Part shown: in pieces, positions 21,802 through 34,687 of the stretch
Layout of the letters: each line of letters begins with the position of its first letter
Numbering within the stretch: position 1 is the stretch's first letter
Origin: Eledone cirrhosa
Lineage: Eukaryota
NCBI GenBank assembly: GCA_964016885.1
Contig: OZ024746.1
Span: 21,390,001 to 21,454,000 of the forward strand
Reading direction: 5' to 3'
DNA length: 64,000 nt
Notes under the pieces: generated by a model
What the model was told of the DNA's origin: nothing
The model's database searches: none
Seen by the model: only the letters and a program-made list of their open reading frames with translations
Position numbers and translations under genes: made by a program

Positions 21802-23746
21802 CACCGTGTAACATATTTTTTGTTCCCCGGTTCTAAGTGTCATTTCATGGTTTGTTATATGCCATTATTATTAAAAAAACACTATTATTTAATGAGAAGT
21901 TTGGGTTTGTGCAGGAGTTTGATATTTCAAAATGTTCATATTTTTCAAGAAAAAACACATTTTTTAAAAATTTATCAGTTCATATAATTAAATCAACAGA
22001 GTATATATTTATTTTATTACACAAGCTTATAAAAAACAAACAAGTAAAAACAAATAACACTTATAAAGCAACTTATACACGTCAGAAATGAATCGATTTC
22101 CTGGATTTGCGGTTGTAGTCCAGGTCGCATTCCCGCACTAGCCCCCAGATATAGTCCCCCATCAGTTTTTCATTGTAGTGGCCCTGGTACCTCCGCTCGA
22201 TCTCTTTCACATCTTGGTGGAATCGTTCGCCTTGTTCTTCTGAGTAGGCGCCCATATTGTCCTTGAATTTTTCCAGGTGAGCGTCCAGCATATGGAGTTT
22301 AAGCGACATCCTGCATCTCATAGCGCCAAAAGCCTTTATCAGATCCTGCACCAGTTGCTGGTAGTTTTCAGCTCTGTAGTTGCCCAGGAAGCCCTTAACA
22401 ACTGCCTTGAAACAGTTCCATGCTGTTCTCTCAATCCTATTGAGCTTATTGGAGAACTCGGTAGACTCAAACACCTTCTTTATCTGAGGTCCAACAAAAA
22501 TTCCATCTTTGATTTTGGCCTCAGATAACTTGGGGAAGAACTCAAGAAGGTACTTAAAAGCGGCTGCTTCCTGGTTGAGAGCCTTCAGAAACTGCTTCAT
22601 CAACCCCAACTTAATGTGCAGTGGCGGCATGAGCACAATCCTGGGTTCAACTAGTGGCTCCCACATGACGTTTCGGGTCCCAACTACAAATTCTGTTCGC
22701 TGCTCCCAGTTCTTTCTTTTGTAGTGGTCAGAGGTGGTTCTGCTGTCCCAAAGGCAGAGGAAGCATTGGAATTTGATAAAGCCTCCTTGGAGTCCAAGCA
22801 GGAAAGCCACCATCTTGAAGTCTCCAATGATTTCCCAATTGTACTGGTTGTATTGCAGAGCTTCCAAGAGGACTTTCACACTGTAGTAATCTTCATTCAG
22901 GCAGACTGAATGAGCTAGGGCAGTGTCGGGAACTTGTTTCCATTGTGGAGGAGGACAGGCTTCAAACTTGCGGTGGAGCTGTCTATAAATAGCCGCCACT
23001 CCTTGGGCACAAACGGCACCCCAATAACGTCAAACAGTCCAGGCACGTGATGGCAGAAACAGAGGCCATCCCTAAGAGTGTAAAAGCCTGAGAAAGGTTC
23101 GTGTCGACTTCTCTGACTTATCACCTACACTTCCTCCTTGACCAAGTTCCACTGCTTCATCCTGGAGACGAATAGCTCTGCATTGGACTTGGTCAGACCC
23201 ATATCCCTGACCAAGTCATTGACTTCTTTTTGGTTTGGGAAGTGAGGAACTTTTTCTGGTACCTCAGGCAGGTAATCCAAGTCCTCAGCATCCATCTCCT
23301 CCTCTTCATCAGAATACTTGTCTTGGAAAATAAATTTGATATGCAATACAAAATAAATATTGGAAAGGGAAATACATATTTAAATACTATAAAGAAACAC
23401 TAATCATACTAATGAAAATTCGTACTTAAAACACAACTTACCCGAAAATCCAGTATCAATAAATCTCTTTAATCCACTTTTTAACAATTTAATACTTTAT
23501 TGCACTTTTATAATTTTAATTTAACCTGAAACATATATAAAAAAAAATCATTTAGCATAAGCAAATTAAACTTACATACAACCTAAAATCCAGCATACAA
23601 ATAATTCTAGTGAATAGCTTAGAATTTTTACAAACCCAAACTTTTAACTGTTTAATAGCACTTTTTTATTTATTTGGGACCTAAGCAACACAAAAAAGTG
23701 ATTACAAGCCAGGAACAGAGAAAACAAATTTTTTTGTTACACGGTG
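21802..23746 (-). mobile_element. Chapaev-type (CMC group) DNA transposon, internally deleted, 1945 bp
   Basis: Termini CACCGTGTAACA...TGTTACACGGTG, extending into imperfect TIRs. 4-bp ATAA duplication at 21798-21801 and 23747-23750. Encloses a transposase pseudogene. Confidence 0.85.
22082..23325 (-). pseudogene. Chapaev-like DDE transposase pseudogene (stop near 23125, frameshift near 22915-22920, N-terminus missing)
   Basis: Motifs WRLFIDSS.SLK.VLLHNGN, CFLCLWDSR, PPLHIKLGLMK, GIFVGPQI, MSLKLH and SEEQGERFHQD are spread across ORFs 23125-23346, 22915-23124 and 22082-22999. Confidence 0.85.
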
Positions 23747-25531
23747 ATAATCAAATTTTTCATTGACACAGAATATCACATGTTTCTGAAGCGGGTAATG
23801 TAACTAAGGTTACATGTCTCACTTGTTAACTACAGCCATCGTTTGATAAAAGCCCTTGCTGTGCTCTTCGTATATCAGCTTCATTAATTTGATTCGTTGA
23901 CTCTTTTTGACAAACGTTTCCATTCCGGCTTCACAATTGAGCAGTAGAAAAGAAATCCGGTCATAAAAGTTCTTTGCCAATAACAATATGTAACGAGTCA
24001 TAATTTTATAAACTAAGGTTAATAATAGAGAAGTGAATATACAAAATACAATAAAATAGTTGTAAAATGTTAACTTCTCTTCATCTGGTTATATTGTATT
24101 GCAACACAGGTATTTATCTGGTCACATGTACACCGATACAAGCATCCAAATAAACCAACCAACCAATCTAACATTAAATTAATGTCAGTTATAAAATCTA
24201 CTAATTGGTATTTTCTATTGAGTTTTGTCAAGAGATACAATTATGGAGAATTTTAGTTGATGACCTAACAGACGTTAAGTCATATCTTGTGAAATAAACA
24301 AATAAACTTACAAAATATACTTAACAAATACATATGCAATAAAAACTCTTCTGATTCTGTCATTTCACCTCGTCACTATAATTAATATTGAATATCATTT
24401 TAAAACATAATCTTTAATATATGATGCAACAGCCAAAATGAGTGATTAACGTAAGTCATATTGATTTAAGTTATAACAAAAGCATAATAGTGCATTAATC
24501 TGCCAAAATAGAAACATACCAAAGAAATAGATGTGTCATACGTATAACATGTCAAATTCATAAACATTCGCATGCATAGTAGCGGCGAAACAAAAGTCAA
24601 AACAAAGCATTATAATATATCTAGAAATACAATCTTGGGTAGTATTATAGCTAAGGATCAGCATGACAGGATAAATCATGTGTTGTGAAATAAACAAGTA
24701 ACTATGTCATAGATATGTAACAAATTATAATCTCATAAACATAATGAGAGATAGCAATCATCTTAACTAAACATAAAAAATATTAGAGGAAGATTTGTTT
24801 TGCATAAATTGGGCAACTTCGATAGATGAGAGGATCTTTATTTACAAACACCGAAAATGTTGATGCTAGTCAAATTGAAGGAGAACAAATATGACCGAAC
24901 CAATAGAATGGTAGTCGTTCAACTGATAGATCGATAATTCCATAGTTGAGATATATAATTCTCTGTAGCCCCGTCAACCAAGTTCTAAGTAGTTATGACA
25001 GTTCAGTATTCATATAAATTCATTCGACAGGGAAAATTTTTTTTCAGTTTCAGCGTTCTATCCGTCATATGAATGATCTTTCATCTGATTAACTATCAGT
25101 CTATGTACGCAGTTTTTGAGCCCTGAAAAGGATTGGCTGAAATCAAATTCATCATTTTAATGTGACTGTAAAATGATATCACGAATTTACCATAAACTTT
25201 TGTGTTATTTTTCATGTTATTTTTCAAGTTATAAAAACATAAGCAGGTCAGCCTGTCAGAGTTCATTCATGTTCAAACTATTCAGCTTAAGATAAAAGAT
25301 AAAGCACGAGGGAATCAAAAATTGGTTGAAGGCATAGATTACATGCTGCTCGTACTGATGTGTGTAGGCTTAACTATTTTGCTATCATAGCACGCTCGCG
25401 TACACCCCCCCACACACACACTCACTCACTCACTCACTCACTATCACAACAAGTATATATGTATATGTATCTATATCTATATATATGTAAGTATGTTTTG
25501 AATCAGGGAGCGTGTTTGAAATTAGAAATAG

Positions 25532-25710
25532 AAGCTTTCACCGTATCTTTTGTGTAAAGGAATTTTAGCCTGATAGTGGGGTTTAGAACCCTTTAAGAAA
25601 TGGAAAAAGATATGAGTATTGACGTCAATACTCATCGTTTTCCATTTCTTAGAGGGTTCTAAACCTCACTGTCAGGCTAAAATTTCTTTAGTAATAAAAT
25701 ACGGTGAAAG

Positions 25711-25713
<3 letters not shown>
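25532..25713. repeat. Spacerless imperfect palindrome (~180 bp), fold-back/MITE-like
   Basis: Centred on GACGTC at 25621-25626. Arms run AAGCTTTCACCGTA...TACGGTGAAAGCTT, and the right arm abuts (TA)n. Confidence 0.9.
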
Positions 25714-25773
<60 letters not shown>

Positions 25774-26211
25774 GATATTAAACAAATGGAAACTATATTT
25801 ATAAAACCATATTTATTTCATTATACATATTTCGGGGATACCATATTAAAAATATGGCATGCCTTCTTCAGATAAAATACAATATATAGACAGTTTTATA
25901 AATAATTTTGACGTACAATAAATATTGACCAACCGTTATGTAAAAAGCTGGTTTGGTAGTGAGATGTTTATAAAAATTTAGTGTTAAGCACAGTTAAAAA
26001 GAAAGACGGAGAAAGAGAAATGTATGTAAAGAAAAACAGAGAGAAATAGAGAGAGATAGGGGAGAGAGAAATAGTGAGGAGGTGAAAAAAGAGATGCAGC
26101 TGAGGCAACAGATGAATAATAATAATAATTCATCATACAAACTTGTCGAGTGCTTTATATCAGTTATAAAATATTTACTTGTTGTAACCCAATAATTTTA
26201 TATAAAACTTT

Positions 26212-26261
<50 letters not shown>

Positions 26262-26781
26262 TAAGCAAACAGAATTCTGATGAGGAAGCCAATTCGAAGA
26301 TGGTACGATACTATGGTACAACATTCTAATTTTGCGCCTCGTTCTTTTATAGTCTTTCGTTTCTTGGTGTTGCTTAGAAATCGTTCATTGACATGATTGT
26401 ATCAGTTTATGGAAAAACAGGTGTTTCCATAATTTTCGTGACCTAAAAGGTCCACTATATATACGCTTTTTGTTGACATTGATAATCAGCGAATAATTCT
26501 TGTCCTCCTTCCTACATAATTCACCGTTTTTTTTTAGTCAAGACAACTTGCTTCATTGTGGGTGTCTAATAAAATTTAAATAAGTCCGTTGTCTTCACCA
26601 AATTGGGATTAAGACAAGGTTCAACTCTCATTACATTGTCTAGAAATGTTAAAAAAACTTGATTCAGCTCACACAATTGAACGTCTACTTCTCGCCTGCT
26701 TCTAAACACTCTAGTTTCGATCTCAAATTTGTGAGGATAGTGTCAACTGATAGAAGGTTCCCCCTCACCCTTATTTAACAT

Positions 26782-27071
26782 GGAGGCGTGTGGTGTAGGA
26801 GTAAGTTTGTTGGAATTACGATCATAATATCGTAAGTTCAATTCCTGGACTGGGTTGTGTGATGTGTTCTTGAGTAAAAGACTTCATTTCACGTTTCCCC
26901 TGTATACTCAGCTGAAAATGAGTACCAACAATAGCTGGGGGTTTAACTCTGCGATGGACTGGCATTCTTCCCGGAAGGGGGGGGGGGGGGGGGGTGATCT
27001 TGTACTCTCAATCGCTTCACGCCAGGGAAACCAGGATAAGCACCGGCCTGATGTGCCTCCGTGCTCGAGAT
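26782..27071 (+). mobile_element. tRNA-derived SINE, family B (core ...TTGAGCAAGACACTTTATTTCACGTT...CTCAGCTG); other copies at 35100-35355(-), 41116-41370(+), 50365-50760(+)
   Basis: tRNA-like head (GGCGTGTGGTGTAGG...GTTCAATTCC) plus a central core shared by the four copies. Confidence 0.8.
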
Positions 27072-27103
27072 AGACTTTAGAATATTCCTCCTCTCTCTCT
27101 CTG

Positions 27104-27134
<31 letters not shown>

Positions 27135-29700
27135 CATTTACTTCCCTTTTCGTCCCCTCTCTTTCTTCCTCCACACTCACCCACGTACATATTTTAATGG
27201 CCGAATTCACTAAAAAATATTTTTATGTCATGCAAAACATGACAATCTCATTTATGTTTTTACCAATGTAAACTTTGTTCTTTAGCTTTATAAAATTTAC
27301 AAAAGAATCTAGAAAAGCAAAACCTTTGATTCATTTTCTTTTTATTTTATTTCACATATTATTTGTCATCGTTATATGCAAATCACACCTTCTAACTATC
27401 GCCTCGAATGTCACAGACATGCATGTCTTTCAGGCGGTGATTTCTTTTTTACCTCATTGCTGTCACCTTTATTCCGATCCTTACTTTCTATATTTATCTC
27501 TCTTATCTTCGTTATTCTTATATTTACTTAGTTTATCATAGGAAGTTGTGTAAAATTCACAGTATGCCTAGTCATGTAACACATCTATAAAAAAACCTCC
27601 CTTTCAAAGATTCTACAATATATTTTCTGTATTTCTGTGTTTTTTCCTTATCTCATTCAACATTTTTCTTATGTCAGGCATATACATAATGAGAGATAAA
27701 TAAATATCATATATAACCTAAATTGAAATTTAACATGTTATTCAGATCCAACTGAATATACATGGTATTTATCATCTATTTTTCTTATTTATATACAAAT
27801 TTCTTTTTCTATCTATTTGTCATTACAGTATTGTCATTTTAAACGTTGTAACAAGTTTCTTTATAGTCATGATATCATGTAAAGTAACTTCCTTTCACGT
27901 ACCAACAGCATTATCAATAAAATAAGATGAAATTGGCAGAAAAACTAAATTGAGACATCGAAACATTTCGCAGACTGAGCAGGTTAAGAAAATATGAGAA
28001 AACATCTATATATTATCTTATTTCATCTTTTAAATATTCCAGCCAGAGCATTGTGGCCTTGCTGGGACAACGTAATAATTTTTTGTATTCGAAACGCCTT
28101 ATTATTCATATCTCTATGTTCTTTACCCATAATAATTAAAGCTGAAACAAGTACTGGTTATCTAGACGTTGAATATTATTTAAGTCATAGAATTTGCAGA
28201 ATTATTAGAGCGTCGAACAAAATATTTTGAGGTAATTATCTATGGCTCTTTACATTCTGAGTTCAAATCCCGTCAAAGTAAACTTTTCCTTTCATCTTTT
28301 TGGGCTCGATAAAATTAAGTACCAGTCTTACGCACCTCTCTAAATTGTTTGTGCCAAAATTAGAAGCCAGTATTAATATTGTTGTTATATTTTATGTGAA
28401 CGTACGGATTCTCAGACACCAGAAACTATTCGACTTTTATGAAGTTTTACTAGATGAAGGGCTTTCTATTTAAATTATTATTTTGCTATAAGGGGATTCG
28501 AAACTTGTAGATGCTTACATGTAGGGTAGACAAAATATCTGTAATTCTGATAATATTTTGTTTTCTAAAACGAAAATATGTCTACTTATACATTTTCAAT
28601 ATGACTATAGTAACAATGGATACAACCAAAGAACGAAAAAAATGATTTTCAAATACATGACTTTAAAGAAAAAGATAAACAGAATTGTTTTATCTTTGTA
28701 AAATGGCAACGAAATAAACAGCTACAGTAAAAAATACAGAGAAGTGACGTGAAAACACGCAAATTTGAAAGACATAAAAATACTAACAGCAGCAACAATT
28801 CAAACTTTTAAGATATAAACTACTTTCAGCAACACTTTCTGGCGTTACAAATGATAGAGTAGTGGTAGCTCCGATACAAAAAAGAATAGTGGTAGGTCCG
28901 ATATGTCAGTAAAAATGTATATCCGTGTACGAAAAATGTAACTAAAGATGGATAAAGAGGGGAGAACATAGCTCTGTTTGAAAAAGCCAGAGAGGATTTT
29001 TATATGCTCAGAAAGAAACAGTTAAGAGAGCTCTAAACGAGGTATACGTGTTTCATTGATAGGTGTGAGGCCTATAGAAGATTGTGTCTTCATTTCAAAA
29101 CTGAGCACAATGTAAAAAGCTAATCAAAATAATACATACCAGCTCGTGAACTGGTCTCTTGGTAAATGGTATTTTGTAACACGAGAAATATACCAATATA
29201 TATCCAAATATAGCTGACTGAACACAGGTGCTTTTTTTCTAAGAAAACAACAACAGTTTTTCGTTCCTTCATCTTCTCATTCTCTATCTTTCTATTTCAT
29301 CTTTTATTTCTCATTCTATTTACTGATGAAGGACTAGTGTCCAAAACTTCAAGACTCTTTTCCTACTACATTAAGCATTGAAATTTACCTTTCGCATATA
29401 TATATAATTATGTCTAAAATTTTCAACCGGGTATGGTGCAAATTAAAAAAATCCAAACAATATATTTGAGTCTCTCTCTCTCTCTCTCTCACTCTCTGTG
29501 AAAGTTATCATTTGAAGATGAATATGTATTTGATCCTCTCATTAGTGTGAAAAAGTAGAGAATATTTTTTTTTCTTTTTGCCTTTCCTAGTGTGAAGTAT
29601 CCACCAACGGACGGGTGATCAACCATATTGACTCCAGCTGTGTGGCTAAACGATTTTTTTTATTCAGTGGTATCTTACTAGCTATGCATTAATGTTTAGC

Positions 29701-29705
29701 GCGCG

Positions 29706-29792
<87 letters not shown>
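29701..29792. repeat. (CA)n microsatellite
   Basis: Seen directly; another at 57263-57334. Confidence 0.95.
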
Positions 29793-29795
<3 letters not shown>

Positions 29796-31148
29796 TATTT
29801 GAAACTTTTTTTATTGCAAACAAATCTCAAGATTCTAATATAATTTTTTCGTAAGAAAATATTTTTACGTTATTTCATATGAATTTTTAAATTCTAATAT
29901 TTTTTTTGGCTTCACCCAATCATACAAATGCATACAATTATAATGAAATTGTGAAAGACGGCGTTAAGATCATATCTGTGAGCTAATAATTTGCACGCAT
30001 AATTTCTAATTATTTTCTATTAACTAATTTGTATTCATCTCCCTCGCTTTCAAGGGAAATTAAGCAAATTAATTGGGCCAAAATTATTTTTACTATTTTA
30101 TAATTTACAAACCCGGAACATATATATTTTGTGTGAAATAGGAAAATAGGAAGAAAAAAGTGTAAAAAGGAAATGTAGCAATTGTATGAAAAATCAGTAG
30201 TGGTTCCTTTGGTCTACAAATATTGTAATATTGGATTTGTGACGTTTGAAACTGTCCATTAACAACGTACGTGAATTGAATTCTATTCATTCAAGTAACA
30301 GTTGATACTGAGCATCAATCTAGGGTTATAGGAGTTTAATTTCAGCTTTAAATCATTCACTACAAGTAATTTATTATATTATATTTCAAGTGGAATAATG
30401 AGTTCACAGACGTAGTTGAGTGCTCCGTAAAATATTTCGACGTGCGTATGCCACTGCAATTCTATGTTCAACTCGGTTTGAAGTTACATTTATTGTTCAT
30501 CCTATCGTTTCTTTTAAATTTCATCATTTGAACAATTTTATTGGAAAAAAATCAATATATCTTACATCATTGATGTTATTGCGTATGTCAGTTTAAAATA
30601 GTGAAAAGATATAGTAGCTTCCTTTCACAAATGGTAAATATTGAGAAATTGTTTATTAGCACTATTGCTTCACTCTAGACTGTTTTACTATGATCTATTT
30701 CTGCCATAACCCTGGAGCTAAACAGCGTACGTTAATTACTAACATTCCTTCTGGGTAAAATCGCAGGTGTTCGTTCGAAGGAATAGAAAACGATTATAAA
30801 TGTGAAAAGCTTCAATTATGTCGGAAATGTGTTAGTTATTTTATTTATTTATTAATTTTGTTTTTACATTTTATGGAGTCAAACATACATTAGTATTTGA
30901 ACCCATGTACTTGATACTACTACACCACTTAGTCCCTGTATAAGTAGGTGAGCGAATTTACTTTGCAATTTTACTCTGACTTGATTGAAAATATTTAACA
31001 TAAATGATTTATTATAAGACCAACTTTGTGACATCTTACACATCAGTGGCATGCAATATAAGGATTGGAAAATGTGAAATTTGAGAATGTAACTTGTACA
31101 ATGGTAACCTATTATACGTACGTTACGATATCATTCAAGCAATATATA

Positions 31149-31346
31149 CAAGGGTTGGCTGAAATTTTTATAGGCTGATTATAAAGGAGTGATGCTAGAG
31201 CTGTGAAATTTTGCAAGCATTAATTTCAACCCTTCTTATTAATAACAGCATTGTTTCTTTCCAAGGATTATGTTGAAAAATAAACCTCAGTTGGTCATTC
31301 CATGAGAGTATCTTGGCCAGCCTATGAACCTTTCAACTGACCTTCG
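31149..31346 (+). mobile_element. Mariner-type MITE, same family as 16250-16451
   Basis: Same TIRs and internal sequence; TA flanks. Confidence 0.85.
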
Positions 31347-31443
31347 TATTACATGAAAATAGAACAGATATTTTCTCATTTCATTCTTTACAGTAGCCGT
31401 GATAGGATATCTCAGCACTAAAAATCAACAATTAGACAACATT

Positions 31444-31594
31444 ATGCTTTCCAGCATAGTTACGTCCCTTTACAGTCTGAGTTCAAATCCCGCCGAGGTT
31501 AACTTTGCCTTTCATCCTTACGGGGTCGATAAAATAAAGTACCAGTAATGTACTGGGTAATTGATGGCCTTGTGCCAAAAGTGGAAACAATTAT
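31444..31594 (+). mobile_element. tRNA-derived SINE family A, 5'-truncated copy
   Basis: Box B GAGTTCAAATCC, core TTTGCCTTTCATCCTTACGGGGTCGATAAAATAAAGTACCAG, 3' end GGAAACAATT. Confidence 0.9.
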
Positions 31595-33244
31595 TACAGT
31601 AATTTCAAATTACTCATGTTTCACATCACCATACGGTAACCTGAAACTTTGAGCAGCATACCGAGTGGTAGAATGAATGAAATCGATAACTTGATGATAA
31701 TTTCACTTTACCACCTGTGATGTCAGCTCGCCACAAATCCATTTTATAATGTATTAGCCCTTAAAGATAATATAAAAGTTATTTATATTCGAAACGGGGC
31801 TAAAATAAACAATGTGTTTTTTTTAATGGCCTTTCTTTCACACTTTGCGGCAATTTTTCAATCATATATTATATAATAAACGTATCTAGAGTTGTAAACG
31901 TTAGACTTTATCATTTTAACTAAACCGGAGTGGACTGTACTATAGAAAATACAAGGATAATTTAGAATTAAGTTGAGGTTAACCTCAAGTGCAATATGAA
32001 TGCAATTTCGGATTATTGGTTTGAAAGAGGTAGTTTGAATATTCACATGTTACCTGTTTGCACTTAGGTAACCTGGGACATTGACAAGAGATTGAAAATG
32101 ATGTTGCTGATGTGGTTTGAAGTAAAGACATTTAAGACAGTAGGGTGGTTTTCTGTTGACGCTGAACTGCAACGCGATGAGATACAATGAAGGTTACGGT
32201 TTATTTTCACGAACCTTAATATTCAATAGAATCGACATTTATTGGGGTTCCTGTAGCGTTAAAAAGTTGGATGTCATATATTTCCTGCATTGTATGCCAG
32301 TCCATCATAGACAAATATCCCCTGAATTCTGTTACCTTTTATATGAACCTGTGTTTATAAAATACCAGAATAAACATGCAACAGAATGACCACAATAGAT
32401 TTAAACGTTACAACTATTTACTGATCTGCCATTATCATATTCTCATAGATGTTTAACAAGTTTTATGGTATAAAAATGGCAATATTTTAACTTAGCTGAA
32501 GTGTTGTACAACAGTAAATTATGATATAAAGGTGATACAAACAAATTATCTGACCTGCAGTATAGCAATAAGATTTATGTTAGTATGAACATGTTTTAAA
32601 AGTTTAGCCTAACACAGCACCAAGATAAATGCAATAAATTTAGTGGCTTAGCTTTAAGTCAGATTCAATTATAGAGTATATTTTTCCTATAACTTAGTTT
32701 ATTGTGTAATTTACTCAATTATCTACAATGGTTTCAGCTGAATGATTTTCCCCATAGACAGGAATCAGACAAAATTGGACATCAAATATGTTTCTCTTAA
32801 TTTTATTATCAACAATAATTTGAAATTCGTAAAATTACAAATACTCAATGTAAATTCAACAGAAAAATATAGCGAATGTGATGGGCGATATTTATAATTA
32901 GCTGTATGGTAAATATGGTCACGGTGATCATAATCCAAGTCAGAATAATCAATTGCAATTGGTTATGGCAATATAATGTCAGTCAGTCTGTAGAACAAAA
33001 GATAGAGGATTGTTAATCTCTCACAGATGCTGCAGTTTGTCAATTATCCAGACATTTTAATAATACTATTTCAGTCCGTAAAGCCTGAGGGAATCGTAGA
33101 GACGCTGCGTTGGCATACGGCGCTTCCAGGGCAATTTAAAATCTGACGGAGTCCATCTCTTCTCCAGGTCTGAGTACAGCAGATTTCTTCCAGAGAAAGA
33201 TAGAGAGTGAGAGAATGATAGTGAGAAAGAGATATAGTGGTCAG

Positions 33245-33304
33245 TCTTCCTATCGGTGAGTCGGTGAATAGTCGTTAGAATTCACCGACTCACCGATAGG
33301 AAGA
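33245..33304. repeat. Perfect 25-bp inverted repeat with 10-nt spacer
   Basis: TCTTCCTATCGGTGAGTCGGTGAAT (33245-33269) / ATTCACCGACTCACCGATAGGAAGA (33280-33304). Confidence 0.95.
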
Positions 33305-33339
33305 ACAAAATTAATGTATAACTAAGGAGTATTTTGTTA

Positions 33340-34346
33340 GTTTGTAGCTTTGAGTTCAATTTCGGCAAATCAACAAAGGAATTACATGATCGGTCAATTT
33401 TCTAACAACCGCCACCAAATAACCACTACCATATTAAAACGGTTATAGCTGCAAACTTCTATAAGAATTCCAGAAATTCAATTATCACTATTGTCAAGGA
33501 ACTCAGAATTTCAAGACAAACTATCGGAAAAATTGTGCATGAAGACCTTTGGTAAAGATCATATATAATGCGTAGAGGGCAATTTATGTCTGCAAATACA
33601 CAAGATAGCCGTGTCATCCACGCAAAATGCTTGCCGAGGATGTGAGTCATCAAGAGCCTGGAATAATACTTTGATTTTTCTCTGATTAGAAAAACTTTGA
33701 TCAGGACCAAAAGGTCAACTGAAGGGATGACAGATGCTAATGTAGGAACCTTAAGGGCATTCCAACTGCTATACATACAACGTTTCCGTCAACTGGTATG
33801 GTTTTGGGAGTCGGGAGCACTGGGAGTTCTTCTTTCCTCGAGTCTTAAAGGCCAATGTTGCTGACTATAAGGAAGTGTTGGAGAGGATTGTGAGACCTAG
33901 GATAGAGAGCGTTAGCAAAGGAGGACCGTACATCTATCAACAAGACTCTGCACCGTCTCATAAGAACAAGAAGTCCCAAGAATAGATGAATTACAATCTC
34001 CCCGATTATATCACCCTGCACTCTAGCTCAGAATCCGTTAGACTACAACATATGGGACGTAGTCACGAGGGAAGTCAGTCAATGTGCCCATAATACTATA
34101 AAACATCTAAAGTTTGCCATAACTAGCATAATGTCGGAAATAGATCATCTGATTCAGGCATATCAACGTTTCAAACCTCATATTGAAGTAGTCGTTGATG
34201 CTAACGGCGGATTCATTAAACAGATGCGCCAAGAAGAGTCAAGATTATTCATGTCATTTTTTTTCTCAAATAAATCTCATCCTTCATAACTTATTGTTCT
34301 TTACTAAAACCATGCAAATGTTCTCAAAGAACTGAACAACAATGTA
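33340..34346 (+). mobile_element. Decayed Tc1/mariner-superfamily transposase (maT/DD37D-like)
   Basis: Fragments FSD*KNFDQDQKVN*RDDR, QQDSAPSH and NPLDYNIW, with multiple stops and frameshifts. Confidence 0.75.
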
Positions 34347-34491
34347 AACAGAAAAAAATTTGCTAGTCTTCTGTTTAGTACAATATGAAACTCGGGTTTC
34401 ACAATTGTAGCTGTAGTCCACTGACATTTAATTAAGCCTCAGCTAGGCTAGTAACCATACACACAGTGAGGGAATCATTATAGAAGTTAAA

Positions 34492-34687
34492 GTTTCTACT
34501 TTAGGCACAAGGCCAGCAATTACCCAGTGCATTACTGGTACTTTATTTTATCGACCCCGTAAGGATGAAAGGCAAAGTCAAATCCCGCCGAGGTTGACTT
34601 TGCCTTTCATCCTTACGGGGTCGATAAAATAAAGTACCAGTAATGCACTGGGTAATTGCTGGCCTTGTGCCTAAAGTAGAAACAATT
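34492..34687. mobile_element. Fold-back SINE-A insertion (two 3' halves head-to-head) inside a 17-bp TSD
   Basis: 34492-34581 is the reverse complement of 34594-34683. ATTATAGAAGTTAAAGT occurs at 34477-34493 and 34685-34701. Confidence 0.9.

Noticed and set aside
26278-26305. CTGATGAGG...TTCGAAG hammerhead-like start
   Set aside because: GAAA absent and no stems I or III.
28450-28512. TAGATGAAGGG...CGAAACTTGTA hammerhead-like relic
   Set aside because: First core box broken and stems unconvincing.
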